From a virus, in IMG/VR virus record IMGVR_UViG_3300035703_004050, positions 8,164-72,163 of that record: a DNA stretch of 64,000 bases, one strand, 5' to 3'. Shown piece by piece: positions 1 to 9,471 of this stretch. Position 1 is the stretch's first letter, and each line of letters begins with the position of its first letter. Below the pieces are notes generated by a model. The model searched no databases. It worked only from the letters and a program-made list of their open reading frames with translations, and was not told the origin of the DNA. Both the position numbers and the translations under genes were made by a program.

Positions 1-267
1 TTATCAAATATTAATTTAATAATTTCTGTAATCAACTGTTGTAAGAAAATAGGGGCTAAATTAATTTTGGTTAACTTTTTAGAAATGGAGATTGTACCGT
101 TAGCTTTTAAAAATTTAAATATTTTTTTAAACATCACAAAAAATAGCGGATTAATTGAAAAAAAATTTTTAGATTTTGGAATTGATAGCATACATCCTGG
201 ACCAAAACAACATTTAGAGTATGCAGATAAAATTCATAAGTTTATACAAGAAAGGTATTTTAAATGA
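1..267 (+). CDS. SGNH-like hydrolase/acyltransferase-type protein, 3' part (begins before the window)
   Basis: C-terminal DSIHPGPKQH (DxxHP) motif, also seen in 14673..15398. Confidence 0.45.
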   Translation, partial: LSNINLIISVINCCKKIGAKLILVNFLEMEIVPLAFKNLNIFLNITKNSGLIEKKFLDFGIDSIHPGPKQHLEYADKIHKFIQERYFK

Positions 268-608
268 AGAGTGGAAAAGTTTGGGGTAACACAGAATTAC
301 TTGAGGCAAATGGTGTATTAGAATTTCACCGTGCGGAGATAAAAGCAGGATATAGATGTTCAAAACATCTACACAAATATAAGTGGAATGGATTCTTTGT
401 CGAGTCTGGCGTACTTGAGATACATGTTTGGAAAAACAACTATGATCTAGTAGACATAACTGTACTAAAAGCAGGGGACTATACTAAAGTTCCACCTGGT
501 GAAAAACATATGTTTGTGTGTAAAGAAGACTGTGTATGTTTTGAATTGTATTGGGCAGAATTCGCTCACAATGATATCGAACGAGATAGTGTAGGTGGAG
601 AAGTATAA
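264..608 (+). CDS. cupin-domain protein
   Basis: SKHLHKYKWNGFFVESG ... VPPGEKHMF cupin motifs. Confidence 0.75.
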   Translation: MKSGKVWGNTELLEANGVLEFHRAEIKAGYRCSKHLHKYKWNGFFVESGVLEIHVWKNNYDLVDITVLKAGDYTKVPPGEKHMFVCKEDCVCFELYWAEFAHNDIERDSVGGEV

Positions 609-1320
609 TCTCATAGTAGTTAAATGGGGAAACTTGTATGGTCCTGAATACGTTATAAATTTGTATGAAGGAGCAAAGAGGTATACTACAGTCCCATTTA
701 ACTTTTATGTTTTTACTGATGATACTGAAGGATTGCCAAAGGATAAAAATTGGCAGTTTAAAAAATTGCCTAAATTTATACTACCGGCAAATAGAGCTTG
801 GTGGTATAAAATGGAAATATTTAATCAACTGCACGATTTACAAGGCAAAAACTTATATATAGATTTAGATGCAATTATTATTAAAGATCTTAAAATTTTT
901 TGGGATTTGATCCTAACAAACGGGTTGTATATTTGCAGGGATTTCAATAGGCAATTTTTGCCAAGCTACCAACATTGTAACAGCAGTGTGTTGGGTTGGA
1001 AAGATAACAGTTTTGATTACTTGTATAGAAAGTTTTCAAACAACATAGCTGAAAGTACAAAAAAGTTTCGAGGTGATCAAGACTTTATACAAGCATATGC
1101 GGGTTCAAGAATATTTTGGCCAGATGACACAGCAATGAGTTGGAAATGGGAATGTTGGCGTCGAGGAAAAGTTGGCTCAAAAAATTACAAATCAGATAAG
1201 CTGCAAACATTTATTAAACAAGATACACGCATATTAGTATTTCATGGTCAACCAAAACCACATGAATGCGAGGATAAACGTATGATTGAACTTTGGCGAG
1301 GAACAATAAAACACAAGTAA
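595..1320 (+). CDS. glycosyltransferase (GT-A, GT8-like)
   Basis: VKWGNLYG, WWYKMEIF, YIDLD (DxD), NSSV, GDQDFI, FHGQPKP motifs. Confidence 0.8.
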   Translation: MEKYNLIVVKWGNLYGPEYVINLYEGAKRYTTVPFNFYVFTDDTEGLPKDKNWQFKKLPKFILPANRAWWYKMEIFNQLHDLQGKNLYIDLDAIIIKDLKIFWDLILTNGLYICRDFNRQFLPSYQHCNSSVLGWKDNSFDYLYRKFSNNIAESTKKFRGDQDFIQAYAGSRIFWPDDTAMSWKWECWRRGKVGSKNYKSDKLQTFIKQDTRILVFHGQPKPHECEDKRMIELWRGTIKHK

Positions 1321-1360
1321 ATTTCCGCAGTGTTTCCTTTAAATAATTTAGGGGAACAAA

Positions 1361-1780
1361 ATGAACGCTCATGCCAAACTTCGCAAGCTAGTAAACAGCG
1401 CAGATAATTCATGTAGTGTTTTTACTCCAACCCCTTTACAAGTTGCTCGAACATATAACATACTCAACAAATGCATCTTTAACGGTAAGTTGAAAAAACC
1501 CAACATTATAATTAAACCTTTAGAAGAAATATGGGCACTATGTGAGGGTGATATCTATACAGGTGATGATCGTTTTGAAAATGATCCCGTTTGTCATAGG
1601 ATTATTTTACACCCACAATTTCCAACACGTAAATTTTTTATAGAAGTACTGGCACACGAAATGGTACACCAATATCAATGTGAATACTTAAACAGAATGG
1701 ACCACGGACAAACGTTCTGGGAATGGGAAGAAAAGCTAGGAAAATACAACTTACGATTGTTTTTGGCTAAAAATAGCTAA
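1361..1780 (+). CDS. SprT-like zinc metalloprotease
   Basis: LAHEMVHQYQ (HExxH) followed by DHGQTF. Confidence 0.75.
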   Translation: MNAHAKLRKLVNSADNSCSVFTPTPLQVARTYNILNKCIFNGKLKKPNIIIKPLEEIWALCEGDIYTGDDRFENDPVCHRIILHPQFPTRKFFIEVLAHEMVHQYQCEYLNRMDHGQTFWEWEEKLGKYNLRLFLAKNS

Positions 1781-1810
1781 ATGCTTGTTTTCATTACAGA
1801 ATTTTTTTGA

Positions 1811-1849
1811 TTGACATTTGGACACAATATAATACAATGCTTATAAATA
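1811..1849 (+). promoter_or_regulatory. sigma70-type promoter (TTGACA-16-TACAAT) followed by T4-type late promoter TATAAATA
   Basis: TTGACA 1811-1816, TACAAT 1833-1838, TATAAATA 1842-1849, SD AGGAG before ATG 1869. Confidence 0.6.
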
Positions 1850-1868
1850 AAGCAGTTAGGAGCAATTA

Positions 1869-2057
1869 ATGCGCGTTAATGAAGTTGTACGCCTTGAAGG
1901 CAAGAAGTTGCATGAAGCACTGGAAAAGGAAAACAGCACTGGTGTTGCTACTGCTAACCTTGTAAAGATTGTTGAGGCGCACCGCGCGGATAATTGGCAA
2001 CGTTTTGAAACTAACGAAGCGTTTGATGCTTATTTGGATAGCTTGGCGGAAAAGTAA
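1869..2057 (+). CDS. small acidic protein, possible antitoxin
   Basis: Good SD; C-terminus RFETNEAFDAYLDSL resembles RelB/DinJ-type tails; abuts the YafQ-like gene. Confidence 0.4.
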   Translation: MRVNEVVRLEGKKLHEALEKENSTGVATANLVKIVEAHRADNWQRFETNEAFDAYLDSLAEK

Positions 2058-2432
2058 GTGTCTGTAGTATTTGAGGTAAGTCCGCTTTTCCAAGAATCTG
2101 TTATCGTTATGAAGGCGAGACTTCCCAATATTATTGATTTAATTAGGGATTTTCGTGATTTTAAATCCGCAAATCCGCTTGCCGCATACGGAAATAGCGA
2201 TAAATCTTCTGCCCCAGATGGCAACTTTAATCAAGAAGTTCCTAAAATTCGTCATGCTCATTTAACACATGACGTAAGTATTTGGTACACTATTTCTGGA
2301 AAAAACCCAAATGTTATAAGACTTTACGGGGTATTTAGTCACGACCAATCCGGAACTGGTCAGCCCCCTGCCAGAAATGTTCAAAAAAAGCTTGCTAAAA
2401 AGATGGCAAAACAGACGTTTATTCGAGCGTAA
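2058..2432 (+). CDS. RelE/YafQ-superfamily mRNA interferase-like protein
   Basis: IRHAHLTHDVSIWY...IRLYGVFSHD resembles YafQ RxCH..D.L.IY...LRL..GSH. Confidence 0.55.
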   Translation: MSVVFEVSPLFQESVIVMKARLPNIIDLIRDFRDFKSANPLAAYGNSDKSSAPDGNFNQEVPKIRHAHLTHDVSIWYTISGKNPNVIRLYGVFSHDQSGTGQPPARNVQKKLAKKMAKQTFIRA

Positions 2433-2472
2433 ATTACAACTAAAAATTGTGCCAAAAAGATGCTTTTTTTGG

Positions 2473-2500
2473 TTGACACACCCAATATAGGCTGTATATT
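2473..2500 (+). promoter_or_regulatory. early sigma70-type promoter
   Basis: TTGACA-16-TATATT upstream of 2533. Confidence 0.65.
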
Positions 2501-2532
2501 AAGGATATAACAGCAAAGCAAGGAACTAGCAA

Positions 2533-2820
2533 ATGGCTTACGTAGTTTATGAAGTTGAGTCCACCCGCATTGCTACCCCCAAGCCGTACGGCAAGGAATA
2601 CTACGCCACTGAAGGTGCCGCAAAGGCGGCTAAGACGCGCATGGAAAAGGGCAAGCGTTGGGCTGGTAAGCAGCTTGAGGTTGCAGAAATTACTGTTTAT
2701 AAGACGCTTATTGAAAAGATGGTTGAGCGCACGAACCTCATGTCGGGCAAGAAGTATATGGAAAGCGTGAACACGCCCAACTATTGCAGCCCCGCTAGCG
2801 AAGCTTATTGGAGCATGTAA
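2533..2820 (+). CDS. early hypothetical protein (C-terminal TPNYCSPASEAYWSM motif)
   Basis: AAGGA SD, host-like codon usage, own promoter. Confidence 0.75.
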   Translation: MAYVVYEVESTRIATPKPYGKEYYATEGAAKAAKTRMEKGKRWAGKQLEVAEITVYKTLIEKMVERTNLMSGKKYMESVNTPNYCSPASEAYWSM

Positions 2821-2829
2821 AAATACCAG

Positions 2830-2857
2830 TTGACACACTCCTACAGTGTGCTAATAT
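2830..2857 (+). promoter_or_regulatory. early sigma70-type promoter
   Basis: TTGACA-14-GCTAATAT, similar to the Caulobacter-type -10 GCTANAWC. Confidence 0.65.
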
Positions 2858-2887
2858 CCAACTATAACGAAACTAGGAGAACATTTA

Positions 2888-3913
2888 ATGCAGTACGTGA
2901 CCATTAAGAACGGCAGCTACCGTAACGCCCCCGTTGTTGACACTGTGTTTCCGCTTATTAAGCCTTACCAAACTGGCGCTAAGGGCGGCTTTGTTACAGT
3001 TGATGCGCGTGATGTGATTGGGTTTGAGGGCTCGCCCGGTATTGTGCGTATTAAGGTTGAACCTGGTAACTATGAGGTTGTTGGAGAAAAGATGTCGTTG
3101 GAACCGATCCAGGTTGAAACTGCTCCGGTTGTTGAAGAGCCGGAAGAGCAGGTGATCGAGCGTATTGCTGAACGCTTTGCTATCCTTGAGGAGATGACCC
3201 GCGCTACCATTAACGGCGATGTCCGTGCGATGATTGTTGTGGGTCCGCCCGGCGTTGGTAAGTCGTTTGGTGTTGAAGCTGAGCTGCAAAAGAACGGTCT
3301 TATTGACCAGCTTGCGGGACGCCGTGCGCGTTACGAAGTTGTTAAGGGCGCAATGACCCCGATTGGTCTGTATGCCAAGCTGTATGAGTACAGTGAGGAA
3401 GGCAACGTTATTGTGTTTGACGACTGTGATAGCATCTTGCTTGATGACGTTTCCCTTAACGTGCTTAAGGCTGCACTCGACAGCTCCAAGAAGCGCACCA
3501 TCCACTGGAACGCAGACAGCCGACTGCTCCGCAGTGAGGGCATTCCCAACAAGTTTGACTTTAAGGGTGCAGTGATCTTTATTACTAACATTAAGTTCGA
3601 CAATGTGCGTAGTGCCAAGCTTAAGGATCACCTTGAGGCGCTTATGTCCCGTTGCCACTACTTGGATCTTACGATTGATACGGTGCGCGACAAGCTGCTC
3701 CGCATTAAGCAGATTGCACAGACGGGTACGCTGTTCCCTGCTTACGGTATGACCAACGAGCAGGAGCAGGAGATCCTGGACTTTATGTTCGATAATAAGG
3801 ACAAGCTGCGTGAGATCTCGCTGCGTATGGCGATTAAGCTTGCAGACCTGCGGCGCATGAGTGCTAACCGTTGGCAGGCGATTGCAATGAACACCTGCAT
3901 GAGAAGTCGGTAA
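2888..3913 (+). CDS. AAA+ family ATPase
   Basis: Walker A GPPGVGKS, Walker B VIVFDDCD, FITN sensor, SRC arginine finger. Confidence 0.85.
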   Translation: MQYVTIKNGSYRNAPVVDTVFPLIKPYQTGAKGGFVTVDARDVIGFEGSPGIVRIKVEPGNYEVVGEKMSLEPIQVETAPVVEEPEEQVIERIAERFAILEEMTRATINGDVRAMIVVGPPGVGKSFGVEAELQKNGLIDQLAGRRARYEVVKGAMTPIGLYAKLYEYSEEGNVIVFDDCDSILLDDVSLNVLKAALDSSKKRTIHWNADSRLLRSEGIPNKFDFKGAVIFITNIKFDNVRSAKLKDHLEALMSRCHYLDLTIDTVRDKLLRIKQIAQTGTLFPAYGMTNEQEQEILDFMFDNKDKLREISLRMAIKLADLRRMSANRWQAIAMNTCMRSR

Positions 3914-3953
3914 AGTTTCCCCCTACCGTTTCTCCTAGGACGGTAGTAACTTG

Positions 3954-3981
3954 AGGGCAGTGGCAACACTGCCCTTTTTTT
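3954..3981 (+). terminator. Rho-independent terminator
   Basis: AGGGCAGTG-gcaa-CACTGCCCT followed by a T run. Confidence 0.85.
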
Positions 3982-4019
3982 GTATTGCTATTACAAAATA
4001 GAAAGCATATATTAACAGC

Positions 4020-5168
4020 ATGGCATTGACATATCTTGAAGATTATATTGAATTCCTTTATGGCTCGTTGAATAAAAATGGAGAATCTGCCTCCGTTTTA
4101 TACAAGCACCTAACATCAAACGATACGATTAAACTGGCTACATATGATCGTAGCCCAGTTACAAGTATGGGAAGTTTTTGTGCTAAAACAAGAATTCAAA
4201 AAGAGCAGGAATGCTTGACTGATCGCCAAGTTGATCTAGCAAACAAGATAGTCTACAAATACAAGAGACAATTGGCAACTATTGGAGTGACCTTACCTGA
4301 TGAATCCGTTGGGTTGCCACTACGTCATGGTGTTAGGAAGATTGACCGTTCCAAATATTTGAACCATAACGTTGACGAAAAAACAGTCACGTTAAAGTTT
4401 CCATATGATCCCGCTAAGATTAGTTCCCTGCACAATTATGTCCAAAACAGTGCAGGAAATGTTGAGTGGGATAACACCAAAAAGGAATGGAAGATGGACT
4501 TAACAGAGGGCAATCTTCTAAAAATCTTGGAGTTATTCAAAAGCGAAGATCTAAAGATCTCTGAAACTTTAGAACCGTATATTGTTGACTTGTATAGTGC
4601 AACACCACGCAACTTGCCTTCGCTCTACTTACGCGATAATGCAATGCGTTTGGAAAACTGCCATAGCAGCGTTGAAGATTATCTAATTTCTAAAAATTGG
4701 AATCAAGATGATGTAAGCAACTTGTCTTATTGGGCATCAATAGCAGCAGGTCTTGCACTGCGTATTGATGAATCTGTAAAAGAAGAGTTGTCTAAACACT
4801 ATACTAATAGTGTAGTTGATATTATAACTCAAAGAAAAGTAACACTACCAAGCAACAATCAACCTGATGGCGCTTGGTACAATACTTTGCTTGAAGCAAA
4901 CCGTGCTTTAAACAAGAATCCTTGGATACTGCATCTAAACTGGTGGACAAATAAAACAGATTGGTCACCGTTTAGTAATTTGATTCGTCCTCTTACAAAG
5001 GATAGAAATCAATTTAGGGTATCCAAAGAATTTGCCGATCTTCTAACTAGCAATCAAAATGCAATTGTCATTGTTGATTCAGTAGTAGGCAGAGATGCTG
5101 TACGTAATTTTATTGAAAACAACTCGATAAAAATTGTATATATAAGTGATATCGGGCATGATCAATGA
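4020..5168 (+). CDS. hypothetical protein, coupled to UvsW
   Basis: 382-aa ORF with ATGA overlap to the next gene. Confidence 0.7.
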   Translation: MALTYLEDYIEFLYGSLNKNGESASVLYKHLTSNDTIKLATYDRSPVTSMGSFCAKTRIQKEQECLTDRQVDLANKIVYKYKRQLATIGVTLPDESVGLPLRHGVRKIDRSKYLNHNVDEKTVTLKFPYDPAKISSLHNYVQNSAGNVEWDNTKKEWKMDLTEGNLLKILELFKSEDLKISETLEPYIVDLYSATPRNLPSLYLRDNAMRLENCHSSVEDYLISKNWNQDDVSNLSYWASIAAGLALRIDESVKEELSKHYTNSVVDIITQRKVTLPSNNQPDGAWYNTLLEANRALNKNPWILHLNWWTNKTDWSPFSNLIRPLTKDRNQFRVSKEFADLLTSNQNAIVIVDSVVGRDAVRNFIENNSIKIVYISDIGHDQ

Positions 5169-6631
5169 AAAAATGTAAACTAGTAATTAAGGATGAGGTA
5201 AATGTAAAGTTTGAAAATCTTGACCTTGAAATGCGTAAGCTATTAAGCAAGAAGTTCAAATATCAAATACCATATGCTAGGCATTTACCAGCAGTGAGAC
5301 TAGGGCGTTGGGATGGGTGCGTAGCCTTCTTTCAATTAGGAGGCAGCACCTATCTTAATCTTTTGCCTGAAATATTTCCTATACTAGATCAAAAAGGATG
5401 GGAAATTGATTTAGAAGATTTGCGCCAAGAGAAGCCAGACTTCAACTTTGCAACAGTGACCGAAGATTCGTTTAGTCACATAAGTTGGCCTAAAGGACAT
5501 CCACAAGCAGGGCAACCAATTGTTTTACGAGACTACCAAGTTGAAGTAATCAATGGGTTCTTATCTAACCCTGGATGCTTGCAAGAAGTTGCTACAGGCG
5601 CAGGCAAAACTATTATGACTGCTGCACTCAGTAGTCGTGTTGAACCATATGGTCGTAGCATTGTTATTGTTCCAAACAAAAGCTTAGTAACACAAACAGA
5701 AGCGGACTACATCAATTTAGGATTAGATGTGGGAGTGTTTTTTGGTGATAGAAAAGAGTGGAACAAGACACATACTATTTGCACATGGCAAAGTCTCAAT
5801 AGCTTGTTTAAGAAATCACGCGATGGCGATATTGAAGATCTAGCTACATTTGGTATTGAAAAGTTTGTCGATGGCGTAGTTGCAATCATTGTTGACGAAG
5901 TGCATATGGCTAAAGCTGATGCACTTAAGACACTTCTTACTGGCGTAATGTCTAACATACCGCTGCGTTGGGGATTAACTGGAACTGTACCCAAAGAAGA
6001 TTTTGAGTTTATGTCTATCAAGTGCAGTTTGGGAGATGTTGTTAATAGACTTGCTGCTAGCGAACTACAAGATAAAGGAGTACTAGCACAATGTCACGTA
6101 CAAATCCTACAAACGCAAGAGACACAAGACTATAAGAATTATCAAAGCGAAGTTGCATATCTAGTTACTGATTCAAAACGTTTGGATTGGATTGCAGATC
6201 AAATAAAGCTAATGCGTAAAACAGGTAACACACTTATATTGGTAGACCGTATTAATTGCGGACAGGAACTTATTTCAAGGATAGATGATGCAGTATTCGT
6301 ATCTGGTAACACGAAGGCAAGCCAGCGTAAGGAGGAATATGACGAGGTTGCTGAAGCTAGCGACAAAGTTATCGTTGCTACTTATGGGGTTGCTGCTGTT
6401 GGTATTAATATTCCCCGTATTTTTAATCTTGTTCTTGTTGAGCCTGGTAAGTCTTTTGTCCGTGTTATCCAATCAATTGGTCGTGGCATACGTAAAGCAG
6501 AAGATAAAGACTTTGTACAAATTTGGGACATCACAAGCAACTGTAAATTCTCAAAGCGACATCTTACCAAAAGAAAAACCTTCTACAATGAAGCAAATTA
6601 CCCATACACAATACAAAAGGTAAATATTTAA
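5165..6631 (+). CDS. uvsW: SF2 DNA helicase, UvsW-like
   Basis: LRDYQ, ATGAGKT, DEVH, GLTGT, QSIGRGIR motifs. Confidence 0.9.
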   Translation: MKKCKLVIKDEVNVKFENLDLEMRKLLSKKFKYQIPYARHLPAVRLGRWDGCVAFFQLGGSTYLNLLPEIFPILDQKGWEIDLEDLRQEKPDFNFATVTEDSFSHISWPKGHPQAGQPIVLRDYQVEVINGFLSNPGCLQEVATGAGKTIMTAALSSRVEPYGRSIVIVPNKSLVTQTEADYINLGLDVGVFFGDRKEWNKTHTICTWQSLNSLFKKSRDGDIEDLATFGIEKFVDGVVAIIVDEVHMAKADALKTLLTGVMSNIPLRWGLTGTVPKEDFEFMSIKCSLGDVVNRLAASELQDKGVLAQCHVQILQTQETQDYKNYQSEVAYLVTDSKRLDWIADQIKLMRKTGNTLILVDRINCGQELISRIDDAVFVSGNTKASQRKEEYDEVAEASDKVIVATYGVAAVGINIPRIFNLVLVEPGKSFVRVIQSIGRGIRKAEDKDFVQIWDITSNCKFSKRHLTKRKTFYNEANYPYTIQKVNI

Positions 6632-7836
6632 TCAAACCCTAAATCAACTATTTCATTAGTTCTGTTAGGGAAATAATCTTCCATTACCCCTTCTCGATAC
6701 AAGTCTAGGGTAATACAGTGTAGTCCACCATCCCAAAAATATCTGTGTCGCCACGGTACGATAATTGGTTCTATTTTGTGCTTCTTGAAAAAAGCAAACG
6801 CTGTTTCGTTGTAGTTGTTAACACAAACATGATGCTCGTCTAGCATCAATACGTTGACATCAAAAACCGATTCTTCACAAAACCCAACCCAATCATTTAA
6901 CCATGTTTCTACAAATTGTATAAATTCATCGTTATTTTCTTCACCAGGTACCCACCATTTGCCATTTACTTTATTTTTAATTTTTATAAATCCTTCAATA
7001 AGGTCCCATGATTGATTTGGTAAGTAGCAAATATCCCAATTTGGAAATGTTTTTTCATACTGTTGAATTTCGTAAAGACTTAAAATTACTCCTGGTTTAA
7101 GAGTATGAAATGATCCATCATTGTGCCCACCAATATTTAAGGTATTAAATCTAATATCAGTGTGATTTTTTTTTAAATATTCAATAACTTGATTAGAAAT
7201 ATTTTGTTCTCTATAATCGATATACAAATCTTTTCCTACCAAAGTAGTTGAAGGTGGTGATGGTAATGTTAAATTTTTAATTCGATTCTTGTATTCCTCT
7301 TTAATTTCTGGTTTAATTTTTTCAAAATAATTTGGTTTTAGATAATCTTCATAAGTTAACCAATCTTTTCCTGCATGTATGTTAAATTCTTTTTCGCTAA
7401 TTTTTTTTGATAAATCTGCTGGCAAAGATTGATACAAATCAAGATCTTCCTTGTTATAATTTTTAAAAATGTTTATAAATTCGCCGTTTGCGTCACTGCC
7501 GTTACAATACAATTTGTTTCCTAACACAAATTGCCAATCTCTTGGTTGTAAAGGTGCTCGAGGAATGTTTTTTACTTTTCCCCTGTCGATAAAATTCATT
7601 ATTGATAAATTTAAATCAATGTCTGGTCTTAATACGTTACATCCAAAATCTTTTAAAACTTTTTCATAGTACTCTAAATCCTCTAGAGTTTCCTCAGTAA
7701 TTTTAGTTAATGCTGATCTAATTTTATCATTTTTAATGTCATGGTAAAAGCTAACAGGATAGCAATTTCCTAACACAACAGTTTTTAAAGTGTGCCATTT
7801 GCACCAAACATTATATTGGTTTTTATCTTTTAGCAT
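6628..7836 (-). CDS. amidinotransferase family protein (paralog 1)
   Basis: LKTVVLG, QPRD, GHNDG, FDVNVL, C-terminal DGGLHCITLDL catalytic Cys motif. Confidence 0.8.
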   Translation of the reverse strand: MLKDKNQYNVWCKWHTLKTVVLGNCYPVSFYHDIKNDKIRSALTKITEETLEDLEYYEKVLKDFGCNVLRPDIDLNLSIMNFIDRGKVKNIPRAPLQPRDWQFVLGNKLYCNGSDANGEFINIFKNYNKEDLDLYQSLPADLSKKISEKEFNIHAGKDWLTYEDYLKPNYFEKIKPEIKEEYKNRIKNLTLPSPPSTTLVGKDLYIDYREQNISNQVIEYLKKNHTDIRFNTLNIGGHNDGSFHTLKPGVILSLYEIQQYEKTFPNWDICYLPNQSWDLIEGFIKIKNKVNGKWWVPGEENNDEFIQFVETWLNDWVGFCEESVFDVNVLMLDEHHVCVNNYNETAFAFFKKHKIEPIIVPWRHRYFWDGGLHCITLDLYREGVMEDYFPNRTNEIVDLGFD

Positions 7837-7863
7837 CTTAGTTTTCTTAATATAAAATACATT

Positions 7864-9087
7864 TTAAATTTCAGTAATTGAATTAGTTCTATCAGGGAAA
7901 TAATCTTCCATTACACCTTCTCGATATAATTCAAGAGTAATGCAATGCAATCCACCATCCCAAAAATATCTATGACGCCAAGGAACAATTATAGGTTCAA
8001 TTTTGTGTTTCTTAAAGAAAGCAAAAGCAGTTTCATTGTAGTTGTTAACACAAACATTATATTTGTCTAACATCAAAACATTTACATCAAACACACTTTC
8101 TTCACAATACCCTACCCAGTCATTTAACCAAGTTTCTACGAAATTAATAAATTGATCGTTATCTTCTTCACCAGGTACCCACCATTTGCCATTTACTTTT
8201 TTCTTCATTTTTAAGAAATCTGATACTGCATGAAAAGATTGATTTTCCAAATAACATATTTCCCAATTTGGAAATGTTTTTTCATAATTTTTTACTTCTT
8301 CAATGCTAATAATTACTCCTGGTTTAAGAGTATGAAAACAACCATCGTGATGTCCTTCAATTACTAGTCTATTAATTCTTAAATCTTGACAATATTCTTT
8401 GTAAGTTTCGCAGATAAAATTACAAGTTTTATTACTACCGGTAGTATCTAAATATAAGTCTCTTCCAACTAATGTTGAGTTTCCAGCATCGTCGTAAGTA
8501 TTAATCATAAATGATGTAATTTCATCAAGTATATTTTGTTCAATATTTTCAAAATTGTTGTTGTAATAATTTTCGTAAGTTGGCCAACTTGATCCTTTTA
8601 AAATCTCATATTGATTTTTGGTTAACTTAATTACTTTATCAGTGATGTCTGGTTTGCGATTTTTAAAATTCTCAAAATTGATAATGTCTTTACTATTATA
8701 TTGATATAATAATTTTGCAATTTCGCCGTTTGCGTCTAATCCTTGTAGATACAACTTGTTGCCAATAATAAATTGATAATCTCTAGGTTGTAATGGTGAA
8801 CGAGGAATTCCTTGTCTAAAGCTATAGTATTCAGTGCTGTTAACATTAGCAAAATTTAGTATAGATAAGTTTTTATCTACGTGAGGTCTTAGTACAGTGC
8901 ATCCAAAATCTTTTAAAACTTTTTCGTAGTACTCCAAATCTTCTAATGTTTCCTCGGTAATTTTTGTTAATGCCGATCTAATTTTGTCATTTTTAATATC
9001 TTTGAAAAAATTTGGAGAATAACTATTTCCTAACACAACAGTTTTTAGGGGGTCCCACATATTCCAAACATTATATTGGTTGTTCAT
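7864..9087 (-). CDS. amidinotransferase family protein (paralog 2)
   Basis: WDPLKTVVLG, QPRD, GHHDG, DGGLHCITLEL; near-identical C-terminal half to paralog 1. Confidence 0.8.
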   Translation of the reverse strand: MNNQYNVWNMWDPLKTVVLGNSYSPNFFKDIKNDKIRSALTKITEETLEDLEYYEKVLKDFGCTVLRPHVDKNLSILNFANVNSTEYYSFRQGIPRSPLQPRDYQFIIGNKLYLQGLDANGEIAKLLYQYNSKDIINFENFKNRKPDITDKVIKLTKNQYEILKGSSWPTYENYYNNNFENIEQNILDEITSFMINTYDDAGNSTLVGRDLYLDTTGSNKTCNFICETYKEYCQDLRINRLVIEGHHDGCFHTLKPGVIISIEEVKNYEKTFPNWEICYLENQSFHAVSDFLKMKKKVNGKWWVPGEEDNDQFINFVETWLNDWVGYCEESVFDVNVLMLDKYNVCVNNYNETAFAFFKKHKIEPIIVPWRHRYFWDGGLHCITLELYREGVMEDYFPDRTNSITEI

Positions 9088-9135
9088 ACTTTACCTTTAT
9101 TGACTTATAGTAGTATATTACTTATACTGCAAAAT

Positions 9136-9471
9136 ATGGACATTTATCATATTTGGGCAAACAAAGAAGGTGATATCAGCGATATTGATTGGTATCATAA
9201 TCTAAAATCGTTCCTAAATCATTTAGTTTCTGAGAACAAAATGGTAAGCTATCGTATAACTAGATGTAAAATGGGATTTAGAAGTATACCCAATTTGCCA
9301 GAGTGGCATATTATGATGGAGTTTACTGATATGACGCAACTTGATGCAGCGTTTAAGCGTGTAGCACCATTAGAGGGCGAACTTGAAGCAAAGCACAAGT
9401 CGTTTAATCAGTTTGTTGCAGATGATATTCAACATGCATTATACAGGGATTGGCCAGATGAGATACGCTAG
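9136..9471 (+). CDS. DUF6614-like protein
   Basis: MDIYHIW...YRITRCKMGF...EWHIMMEF..MTQLDAAF; ATG at 9136 preferred over the ORF-track start. Confidence 0.55.
   Translation: MDIYHIWANKEGDISDIDWYHNLKSFLNHLVSENKMVSYRITRCKMGFRSIPNLPEWHIMMEFTDMTQLDAAFKRVAPLEGELEAKHKSFNQFVADDIQHALYRDWPDEIR

Noticed and set aside
2885-3658. 257-aa antisense ORF opposite the AAA ATPase
   Set aside because: Explained by the codon bias of the sense gene; no SD or recognisable motif. The same applies to most short antisense ORFs in the track.
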